From the NCBI GenBank assembly GCA_963663545.1, contig OY760505.1, positions 2,368,001 through 2,432,000 of the forward strand: 64,000 nt of DNA, in the 5' to 3' direction. The translations under genes and the position numbers were made by a program. The DNA comes from Candidatus Delongbacteria bacterium. Its GTDB lineage: Bacteria; CAIWAD01. Below the pieces are notes generated by a model, which worked only from the letters and a program-made list of their open reading frames with translations, made no database searches and was not told where the DNA came from. Below, piece by piece: positions 19,714-28,900 of the stretch; the stretch's first letter is position 1; each line of letters starts with the position of its first letter.

Positions 19714-19837
19714 GAGGTCAGTGCATCGATCGCGGGAATCGCAGGCTGATGTTGGTGATACACAGGCGAGCACGCAGGATTTGCTACCTTGCTTTCATCA
19801 AGGACGGTGATACACTTCTTAGCCCGCCTGGAGGACA

Positions 19838-20980
19838 ATGACTACTCCCGCAAGCGATCATAGCGGATTCATCGAGCGCAGCCTGGCGCAACACGCAATG
19901 GCAGGAGCGAACTTCCGCTTGGAGCCTATGGCTGGCGGTGGCAGCGATCGTCGCATGACTCGCGTGATCCATCCTGCGGGGAGCTGGGTGCTGGTTGAGA
20001 ATCCATCGCCACAGCAAGGTGAGCGTGGCCTGTGCGAGAACGACAGCTTTCTCTATGTCGCAGGACTTCTTAGCCGTGCGGGCTGTTATGGACCTGACGT
20101 AATGGCCGACGATCTTGCGAACGGTCGCTATTTGGTCGAGGATCTGGGCGACCAGCATTTACTGGATGAAGTGGAGGCCAGCGGTCATCCGGTGTGCAAC
20201 CCGATCCGTTCGCAGGAGCTGCTGTTTCCCGCTGTTGCTAACGCTGGCTACGAAATGCCGCCGGAAAGGGCGTCTCAGCTTCTGGAGCTGTATGCACCCG
20301 TATTGCGTGATCTGGCGCAGATGCAACACGCATTGCGCGAGAGTTTTGATCCATCGCGCGTGCACAACAAGCCTTATGATTTCGAGTTGATGACCGTCTG
20401 GGAGTCGGGCTATTTTCGGGAGCGGTGTGTCACAAATTTGGCCACCGTAACACACGATGCGGAGTACTTGCAGCGCGAGTTCAAGGAGCTGGCGAACAAA
20501 GTACTGGAGCTGGATTGCGAGCATTTTCTCTATCGCGATTTTCAGTCGACCAATATTCTGCTGCACGAGGGGCGTGCGCGCTACATCGATTTTCAGGGCG
20601 CTCGTAAAGGGCCAGCGCAGTACGACCTGGCTTCCCTGCTCTGTGATCCATATGCAGCCTTGCCCGCTGCGCTGCGCAGCGATCTGTTTGAAGTCTACGT
20701 GCGCGCGGCGCTCGAATTGAAGTTGATTGACGAGGAAGCCTTCCGGCGTGGTTGGCCGCTTGTGGCTGTGCATCGCGTGATGCAGGCCTTGGGCGCTTAC
20801 GGTTTGTTGTCTGTGGTCAAGGGCAAACGGCAGTTCCTGCTGCATCTGCCTGTTGCTACGCGCACCTTGAACGAACTGCTGGAAGAACCTGAACTGAGGT
20901 GTTACGCAGAGTTGCGTCGTGTTGGCGAAGCACTGCAGTACTGGATTGAGGCGGGTGGATTGGCATCATGGCTGGAGTAG
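19838..20980 (+). CDS. amgK: AmgK-like anomeric MurNAc/GlcNAc kinase (APH-family phosphotransferase)
   Basis: GGSDRR..R, VEDLGD, YRDFQSTNI, IDFQGA..GP..YDLASLL.DPY and RVMQALGAYG. A murU-like gene is in the same operon. Confidence 0.8.
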   Translation: MTTPASDHSGFIERSLAQHAMAGANFRLEPMAGGGSDRRMTRVIHPAGSWVLVENPSPQQGERGLCENDSFLYVAGLLSRAGCYGPDVMADDLANGRYLVEDLGDQHLLDEVEASGHPVCNPIRSQELLFPAVANAGYEMPPERASQLLELYAPVLRDLAQMQHALRESFDPSRVHNKPYDFELMTVWESGYFRERCVTNLATVTHDAEYLQREFKELANKVLELDCEHFLYRDFQSTNILLHEGRARYIDFQGARKGPAQYDLASLLCDPYAALPAALRSDLFEVYVRAALELKLIDEEAFRRGWPLVAVHRVMQALGAYGLLSVVKGKRQFLLHLPVATRTLNELLEEPELRCYAELRRVGEALQYWIEAGGLASWLE

Positions 20981-22953
20981 CACGCTTCGTTTTTACAGGT
21001 GGTGGTTCTGGAGGACATGTGTATCCCGGACTGGCTGTAGCACGTGAGCTACGCCGCCAGGGGCACAGCGTCTCATGGATCGGCACACGCGGGCGTTCTG
21101 AGGAGCGCATTCTTGCCCGCGAGGAGGGAATTCCCCTTTACTTCGCACCAAGTACAGGTTTTCCAGGCAAGCGGCCACTGCCGCTGTTGCACTTTGCCCT
21201 GGTGCTGTTCTGGGGTTGTCTAGCGGCCACGGTACATCTGCTGCGACTTCGGCCGCAGGTGGTCTTTGCCGCTGGCGGATTTGCCAGTGCGCCTACGGTC
21301 TTTGCGGCAGCCTTCTTGCGCCGCGCATTTTTGCTGAAGTGCCGCATTCTGCTGCACGAACAGAATGTATCACCGGGACTACTGAACCGCGTTGCTGCCA
21401 GACTAGCCGATCGTTGCGCCTTGACTTTTCCGGGTCAGTGCCCTGGAATTGATTCTTCGCGCTGTATCACGAGTGGCTATCCCGTTCGTGGCGATCTGGA
21501 TCCGCTTCCGGATCGTGCCCAAGCCTGCAAGCGCTTAGGACTTGATCCACAGAAGCCTGTTGTCTTTTTCTTTGGTGGGTCGCAAGGCGCACGCAGCATC
21601 AACCGGGCTGTCTATGAGTTGTTGCCCGATCTCGTCCACCAACAAGTCCAGGTGATACACGCATACGGCACGGCAGATGGCACTGCTTACAGCGCCGATC
21701 GCGAGCATCAGGCGGCACTGACGCGTCTGCAGGAGCAGCTCGGAGCACCTGTACTGAAGCAATTCTATGTAGCACGAGAGTACTTCTTTGATATTCGTGA
21801 CTGCTATGCGGCGTCGGATCTGGTTGCCTGTCGCGCTGGTGCGGGAAGCATCTTTGAAGTGCTGGGAAGTGGCCTGGCGGCAATTCTGCTGCCAAAGATG
21901 GGCTTGCCCGGCGATCACCAGGTGCGCAACGCCCGTCGCGTGGAACAACAGCAGGCCGCCAGATTGATTCTGGAAGAGCCACGCGTTTGCCCCGAAGGCA
22001 TCGTGGCTGGTATCGACGCCAAGTTGCTACTTGCGTGTATCACAGATCTATTGCAGAACAAACAAGCAACGGCACAAATATGTAAACGTGCGCGCGACTT
22101 GTATCACAGTGATGCACTGAAAGTGTTGTTGAAGCTGTCCTTGCAGGCTGCGGAGGATACGCTACCGGCCGCCGCCATTCGCAAGGCAGAGGATGCAAAA
22201 AGCGACCAGCTAAGTGAGATGTCCGATCTCGCGTTGCTTCGGCAGGCACAAAGAACAGATCTGGACGAGTCCCAACTGGCTTATCTTCGCTATCGCTGCG
22301 GCGCCGCGCTGGGATCGGCCAATTGGTCACGGCGTAATACAGGCATCAAACTGGCGGGGGCCCTCCGGCTGGAGAGCGCATTGCCACTGTTGCTGCATCT
22401 GGCGCGTGATCCGCGCAAACCTGCCTTTGCAAAGCGCCTGTTTGGCGAACGGCGCTATCAGAACGGCTTCATAAGGCGCAATCTGGCTGGCAGCTTCGGC
22501 GAAATCGGCTCTGTCAACGGTGACGTTTGCAGGTGCCTGGAAGAAATGCTGGATGACGGCTACTGGGAAGTCCGCGTTGCCGCCATCGAGAGCCTGGCGA
22601 AGCTGGGCTGTGATACACCGGGCGAGCGTGCCCGCGCCCACCTGCAGCGCTTTCTGCGCAAAGGCAATTTTGAAGAACAGCAGGCGGCCATCAAATGGTG
22701 GCTGGTGACGGATTCTGCCAGCAAGTGGCGTGATACACTAATGCCACTGCTGAATCACGTCAATAGCAAAGTGCGTGAGCAGGCGGTGCTGGCTCTGCTG
22801 GAACTCGTGCGCTGCGGTCGTTTACCGGGCGATGAAGTCCGTCCGATTCTGGAGGATGTGCTGGTTACCTCCACGCGATTTACACCCTGCTTTCCCCTGA
22901 AACAGAGCATGCGGGATCTTGCCCGCGTCATCGAGGAGCAAGAGCAATGCTGA
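20968..22953 (+). CDS. murG: MurG-type glycosyltransferase fused to a C-terminal HEAT-repeat domain
   Basis: FTGGGSGGHVYPG, GGFASAP, HEQN..PGLLNR, GYPVR, FGGSQGARSIN, CRAGAGS and DHQVRNA. About 260-aa extension with HEAT-like repeats (LDDGYWEVRVAAIESLAKL, LNHVNSKVREQAV). Confidence 0.85.
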   Translation: MAGVARFVFTGGGSGGHVYPGLAVARELRRQGHSVSWIGTRGRSEERILAREEGIPLYFAPSTGFPGKRPLPLLHFALVLFWGCLAATVHLLRLRPQVVFAAGGFASAPTVFAAAFLRRAFLLKCRILLHEQNVSPGLLNRVAARLADRCALTFPGQCPGIDSSRCITSGYPVRGDLDPLPDRAQACKRLGLDPQKPVVFFFGGSQGARSINRAVYELLPDLVHQQVQVIHAYGTADGTAYSADREHQAALTRLQEQLGAPVLKQFYVAREYFFDIRDCYAASDLVACRAGAGSIFEVLGSGLAAILLPKMGLPGDHQVRNARRVEQQQAARLILEEPRVCPEGIVAGIDAKLLLACITDLLQNKQATAQICKRARDLYHSDALKVLLKLSLQAAEDTLPAAAIRKAEDAKSDQLSEMSDLALLRQAQRTDLDESQLAYLRYRCGAALGSANWSRRNTGIKLAGALRLESALPLLLHLARDPRKPAFAKRLFGERRYQNGFIRRNLAGSFGEIGSVNGDVCRCLEEMLDDGYWEVRVAAIESLAKLGCDTPGERARAHLQRFLRKGNFEEQQAAIKWWLVTDSASKWRDTLMPLLNHVNSKVREQAVLALLELVRCGRLPGDEVRPILEDVLVTSTRFTPCFPLKQSMRDLARVIEEQEQC

Positions 22954-24053
22954 AGTGGTTGGCCGATCTGTTGCGGGAGGATCTGGCGGGTCCGGGCTTC
23001 CTGCGTCTGTTCAGCTACCTCTCATTCCGGACCGTCATGGCGGCTATGACGACCTTCTCGCTTAGCCTGCTGCTAGGCTCGCGCCTGATTCGCGTGTTAC
23101 ACCGCAAGCGCATGCGCGATGTTGTCGAGGACTACGGAATCGTCGATGTCTCCAACAAACGCGGCACACCGACTATGGGCGGCCTGATCATCATTGCTGC
23201 GCTTTCCGTCGGCTACCTGCTGTGGTGTCAGTTCGACAGTCCCTTTGCCTGGGCTGGACTTGCCGCGCTCTTCTGGTTCGGCGGCATCGGCTTTCTGGAC
23301 GACTACATGAAGATCCGCGGCGGGGGTGGAGCCGCGGGCCTCTCGCAGAGCGCCAAGTTGCTGCTGCAGACCCTGTTCGCGGTCATTTTTGCCGCCTGGC
23401 TGATGTCCGACTATTCGCCTCTGCCGCTTGGAATGCGCACGCACATCTGGCTGCCCTTCGTCAAGTATCCCATTCTGGATCTCGGTTGGGCCTTCGGCGC
23501 TTTCGTGGTATTCGTGGTGCTGGCGGTCAGCAACAGCGTGAATTTCGCCGACGGTATGGATGGCCTGGCTACCGTACCGACAGCCATCAGCTTCACGGTC
23601 TATGCTATTTTTGCCTATGTCATTGGCAATGCGAATTACAGCCAGTACCTGCAGTTCGATTACATCCACGGCGTGGGTGAACTCACGGTGCTTAGCGGCG
23701 CGGTCATCGGTGCCTGTCTGGGCTTCCTCTGGTACAACTTCTTTCCGGCACAGGTCTTCATGGGCGACACCGGGTCGATGGCTCTGGGGGGCGTGCTGGC
23801 TACCCTCATCATCTTGCTGAAGCAGGAATTCCTCTTTCTCATCGTCGGCGGAGTTTTCGTGGTGGAGGGCGCCTCGGTGCTCATCCAGGAGAAAATCGGC
23901 ATCAAATGGCTGGGGCGCCGCATCTTTTACCGCGCGCCCATACATCACACATTCGAGCATCGTGGCGTCGCGGAGACTAAAGTGGTCATTCGCTTCTGGA
24001 TCATCGCACTGATTCTGGGCTTTGTCGGATTGCTGTCGCTGAAAATCCGATAA
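22947..24053 (+). CDS. mraY: Phospho-N-acetylmuramoyl-pentapeptide transferase (MraY family)
   Basis: KRGTPTMGG, GFLDDYMK, NFADGMDGLA, FMGDTGSMALGG and APIHHTFE; multiple transmembrane segments. Confidence 0.95.
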   Translation: MLKWLADLLREDLAGPGFLRLFSYLSFRTVMAAMTTFSLSLLLGSRLIRVLHRKRMRDVVEDYGIVDVSNKRGTPTMGGLIIIAALSVGYLLWCQFDSPFAWAGLAALFWFGGIGFLDDYMKIRGGGGAAGLSQSAKLLLQTLFAVIFAAWLMSDYSPLPLGMRTHIWLPFVKYPILDLGWAFGAFVVFVVLAVSNSVNFADGMDGLATVPTAISFTVYAIFAYVIGNANYSQYLQFDYIHGVGELTVLSGAVIGACLGFLWYNFFPAQVFMGDTGSMALGGVLATLIILLKQEFLFLIVGGVFVVEGASVLIQEKIGIKWLGRRIFYRAPIHHTFEHRGVAETKVVIRFWIIALILGFVGLLSLKIR

Positions 24054-24064
24054 CCGGGACGACA

Positions 24065-24955
24065 ATGAACGGAATCTTGCTTGCTGCCGGCCATGGCACT
24101 CGTCTTCGCCCACTTACGCTGGTACGGCCCAAACCGCTTGTACCCCTTCACGGCATTCCGCTGCTGGACTTCGGTTTGCGACAATTGCGAAAGGCCGGTT
24201 GCTCGCACATTGCAATCAACGCTCATCATCTAGCACCACAGGTTCAGGCCTGGGCGGACGAGCAGCGGACCCTGTTTCCGGAGTTGAATCTTCGCGTGGT
24301 ATTCGAGGAGAAGATTCTGGGAGTGGGTGGCGGATTGCGTAATCTGCTGCAGCATCTACCGCCGGGTCCCGTGCTGGTGCAGAATGGCGATGTAATTCAT
24401 GATTTCAATTTGGCAAGGCTTGCCAAGGAGCACGCGGCATCCGGCGCCGAGCTGAGCCTGGTGCTTTCCGGGCAGCCGCATGTGCTTCAGTTTGAAGCTG
24501 GGCAGGTGCTGGGCTTTCGACACTCCGCAAAGGCAAATCGAGGTTTCACCGGCATTCATTTGCTGAGCGAGCCCATGCGCCGACGTGTGGAAAAGTGGTC
24601 ACAGCCGGACATTATTCCGTGCTACGAAGCAGCACTACGCGATGGCGTCGGCATCCGCGGAGCCGATGAGCCTTTGGGCCTTTGGGTGGACATCGGTCGC
24701 ATTGGCGATTACCTGAGTTTGCATCAGAGCTTGTGGATGAATTCGGCTTATCGGAACCTGCTGGGGCATTTGGCACTAAGCGCTCGCTTTGACGCGGAAA
24801 GCGGTCTAAGTATCGGGGAAGGTAGCCAGCTTTTAGGGCCTGGGCATAATTCCGTAGTCTGGACCAATGCAGAGTGGCGAGGGGAATTGGTGGACTCCTG
24901 CGTACTGGATGGAGTTGTTTGCCAAGGAAATGCGAAAGAGGAAATCATACTGTGA
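24065..24955 (+). CDS. murU: MurU-like nucleotidyltransferase
   Basis: ILLAAGHGTRLRPLT..RPKPL, INAHHL, EEKILGVGGGL, QNGDV and WVDIG. Co-located with amgK; the exact sugar specificity is inferred. Confidence 0.7.
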   Translation: MNGILLAAGHGTRLRPLTLVRPKPLVPLHGIPLLDFGLRQLRKAGCSHIAINAHHLAPQVQAWADEQRTLFPELNLRVVFEEKILGVGGGLRNLLQHLPPGPVLVQNGDVIHDFNLARLAKEHAASGAELSLVLSGQPHVLQFEAGQVLGFRHSAKANRGFTGIHLLSEPMRRRVEKWSQPDIIPCYEAALRDGVGIRGADEPLGLWVDIGRIGDYLSLHQSLWMNSAYRNLLGHLALSARFDAESGLSIGEGSQLLGPGHNSVVWTNAEWRGELVDSCVLDGVVCQGNAKEEIIL

Positions 24956-25785
24956 AGAAGCTGCTGTGGATCTTGCCCCTACTGATTGTTTTGGCTGTTG
25001 CAGCGTGGGCGGGGCACTTTCTGCTTCATTTTCCGAAAGCCATAGGCGAGCAGCCGCTGCGCGTACTTAGCTGGAACGTTCATGGTTTGCATGATCGCTA
25101 TGATCACGAAAGCAAGAGCCTGATCATCGAGAGTATTCTGCTGGCGAATCCCGATGTCGTTTTGCTTCAAGAGTATCCGATGAGACACTGGGGGCTTAAT
25201 CCTGAAAGTGCGCTTGCTTTGCGTGGGAATCTGCAGTATGTGAAGCACTATCGCTATGCCGATGGGATGGGGAAAAGCGCCACGATGGGCTTGGCCATTC
25301 TCTCCCGCTATCCGATCAAGGGAAGCTGGCAGGAAATCCTGCGACCCCTGGGCGAAGGCCGTCTTGTCGGAGTCAGCACCCTCGATGTCGAGGGCCGCGA
25401 GATCCATCTTGCGGTGGTTCACATGCCCAATAGTGACATCCGGCGTTTTGGCATTCAGAGCAGCGAGATTTTCGGCACCAACTTGCGCACCATTCAGACG
25501 CAGCATCTTTTGCAATCACTGGACAGCCTCCGCCACGAACCGCTTGTTGTTGCCGGCGACTTCAACAGTTTTCCCTATTCGGCCAGTTGGCGCATGATGA
25601 ATTACAGCCTGCGGGATGCTTTCCCGTTTGCTGAGCTGTTTACGCCAACCTATACCGTTGAGGAGGGAATTGGAGTGCGCTTGGATCACATCTTTGTCAC
25701 GCCAAAGGTGGAAGTGAAGTCTGCACAAGTGCTGAAGCTCGAGGGGTCGGATCACTTGCCCGTAATTGCAGATCTTGTCTTCTGA
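24952..25785 (+). CDS. Endonuclease/exonuclease/phosphatase family protein with N-terminal membrane anchor
   Basis: LSWNV, PDVVLLQE, GLAILSRYP, AGDFNS, RLDHIF and SDHLPV. GTGA overlap with murU. Confidence 0.9.
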   Translation: MKKLLWILPLLIVLAVAAWAGHFLLHFPKAIGEQPLRVLSWNVHGLHDRYDHESKSLIIESILLANPDVVLLQEYPMRHWGLNPESALALRGNLQYVKHYRYADGMGKSATMGLAILSRYPIKGSWQEILRPLGEGRLVGVSTLDVEGREIHLAVVHMPNSDIRRFGIQSSEIFGTNLRTIQTQHLLQSLDSLRHEPLVVAGDFNSFPYSASWRMMNYSLRDAFPFAELFTPTYTVEEGIGVRLDHIFVTPKVEVKSAQVLKLEGSDHLPVIADLVF

Positions 25786-25922
25786 GTTCGCGTAGAGCAA
25801 CCGTGGGGGCCGCTCGCTTTCCTGCCCGCTTACGGAGACGATTTCCCATCTTGACGAGTGACACTCCGGTGCCTTCTGGCGCTTTCGCCGGTTTGTGATA
25901 CAGAGTCAAGACAGGTGTTCTC

Positions 25923-28900
25923 ATGCAATCCTTCCGTCGCCCCATACTGATTCTGCTGACGCTACTGTTTGTTCTGCTGCATGGGCGTGCGCTTGCAACA
26001 GCAGACGCAGCGCAACTGCAAGCCGGTGGCTTGTATCCGGATCTGCAACTGCTGCAGAGTGACGAGAGCGGTGTGGAGTTTGTGCTTCGTCTGGTGGTGG
26101 AGGATCCCATTGCCGATGCGGAGGGCGGTTATCTTCCGCGCATGCGAGGCGTTGGTCAAGAAACCAACCCGCAGCGCTCACTGCATATTGCACTTCCGCG
26201 TGGTGTTACACCGCGTCTGCGCTTGCTGAATCAGATTTCCTACACGCTGCCTGGACCTGTGTCCGGTTGTGAGTTCAAGGGGCAGAATCCACTGCCGTTA
26301 CTGTCTGAGCGTGTGACACAGTTCGATGACTTGCGTGAGCTGCGAGTTGACCTGAACCTGCTTCGTACCAGCTCGAGTACAAGTCGTATTGTTCGCGAGC
26401 TACATCTGCGCGTGGATTTTGAGCGAGGAGCCGTCGCATCACCCGGAAGCCTCAGTCGTCTGCGGCCCGATGAGCTACGTATGCACTTCCTGAATGCACA
26501 TCAGATTGGGGCGTGGGCTGAGCCGCGCAGCTTGTTGCGCGAAGGGGCAACGGTGTGGGACGGTGACACATGGCTACGTATTCCTGTCACAGAGGAAGGC
26601 TTGTATGTGATACAACCTTCCATGCTCAGCACTCTTGGGCTTGATCCTGCCAGCCTCGATCCGACGACGTTCAAATTGTACAGCTATGGTGGTCGACAGA
26701 TTGACGTAAGTCCGATTTCTGAGCGAGCACAGCAGTATGATCCGCATGAAGTGCCGATGATTCGCGAGCTGGATCTGAGCAGCGGCTTCAGTGGCCAGGA
26801 GAGGCTCCTTTTCTACGGACGTGGCACGCACGGACTTGCCAATCTGAGTGATGGAACCCTGCGGCACTATAGCCACGACTACACCGACACAAACTACTAC
26901 TACCTGCTTGTGGGTGGTGTACAGGCGGGTCTTGTTATGGACGAGCTGGAAGCCGGGTTTGTTTCAGGAGCAACAACGATTGAACAAGCCCATTGGCGCG
27001 GTGTGATACAAGAACACAAGAATGTTGCGGATACAGGTAGCGCTTACTGGTACGGCGACGAGTTCCAGGGTTCCGGTAGTTATGAGTACACCTTTTCATG
27101 TCCAGCAATCACCAACGGACAGCTTAAGCTGGACTGGGAGTTCTGGTACGAACTGGGAGGCTCGACTCAGCGCATTCAGTTCGCTCTGGATGGCGTGGAG
27201 ATGGGAGCGTCGGTTCGCGCTGACAGCTCGGTCTACAATTTTCTGGAAGTGACACGCTCGCTTAGTAGTGGAGATCATCGCGTACGTGCGAGCCTATATT
27301 CCAGCAATGGGCTGCGGCTGTTGATGCAATACCTGGTGCTGAGCTACGACACAGAGCCCTGTTTTGTCGACGGTGAATTGCGTTTTGAGAGTCCTAGCAA
27401 TCCGGGCAAGTATCACTATCAGATCAGCAGTTATCCGGCAAACGCCTACGTGATGGACGTTACCGATTACGATAGCATTCGCGTGATACAATCCAATTCT
27501 TTCTCACAGAGCGTATCACCAATTACTGCCAACAGCATTTTCGGACGGGCTCGCTTGTATTACGGTGCAGCGGAGTCAGCATTGCGAACACCAGAGAATG
27601 TGAGCATCGATTCCATGCCGGATCTGGCTTCTGAAGCAGGAAGCAGCGATTTGATTGTCATTGCGCCTGATGCGTATCACGATGCAATGCAGCAACTGGT
27701 GGACTACAAGAACAGTAGTACTGCTACTAGCGCCCGCCTAGTAAGCCTTGAGGACGTTTATCGCAAGTACAACTGCGGTGTTGTTGATCCGGGAGCCGTG
27801 CGCAATTTCCTTCTGCAGGAGTATGAACAGCAGACACCTGCGCGTTATGTGCTACTGGTGGGCAACGGCCACTACGACTATCGCAATCTGATCAGTGGTG
27901 CTACGCCCATGGTCTTTCCTGCCTGGTATATCGGCAACGACATGCAGGATGATTTCTTTGTGCGCGTGGACGCCGACCTGCATCTGGGCTTCAGCCTTGG
28001 GCGCCTGCCTGCCAACAGTGTTGCAGATGCCCAGGCCTACGTCGACAAAGCGATCGTCTACGAAAGCGGACAGGCCGCAGGGGAGTGGCATAATCGTCTG
28101 CTCTTTGTCGCTGATGATGAGCACTGGGAAAACGGCGCGGTGCGCAGTTTTGAATTCACGCATTCTCAGGACACAGAGAGCCTGATTCAAGAGTTCGTGC
28201 CGGAAGCCTTTGATACTAGGCGCCTCTACATTTTCGAATACCCGTCGGTCTACAATCCTGAGATTCGTGTCTACGAGAAGCCCCAAGCCGAGGAACGGCT
28301 ACTTGAAGAGCTAAACAACGGCGTGGCGATGGTTAGCTACATGGGACATGGCAACAACACAACATGGGCTCATGAGTATGTGTTTCACCAGTCCAAACAT
28401 CTTCCTTTGATTCAGGCCAACGACAAACCCACGATCTATCTGGCTGCAACATGTAGCTGGGCGGAAATAGACCTACCGATCGGCCAGGCAATGCCGCTGC
28501 AGCTGACCAATATGCCGCACGGTGGCGCGGTTGGTATTCTCGCTGCTACCAGGAAAACAACGGGCACGAGCAATTACCGCATGGCGGAAGTTATCTACAG
28601 TGCCCTGTTTGAATACTGGAATGACGCAACGACCCCCGAGCGTATCACATTGGCTGACGCAATGGCAGCTGCCAAGAATGACGACACGGGTTACAATAAC
28701 CGAGCCCTCTATTTGTACCTCGGCGACCCAAGCATTTTGCCAGCCTTTCCTTCGGGGAGTGGAGTTGTAGAGCACCTCGTTTCAGGCAATGTGGAGTCGG
28801 ACACCTTGTTGACGACCGAGTTGGCTGTGATACAAGCAAGAACGAGCGCTGGTGAACAGCAGAATGCCGTGCTAGAAGGTGAAGCTTCTGTGCTTGTGCG

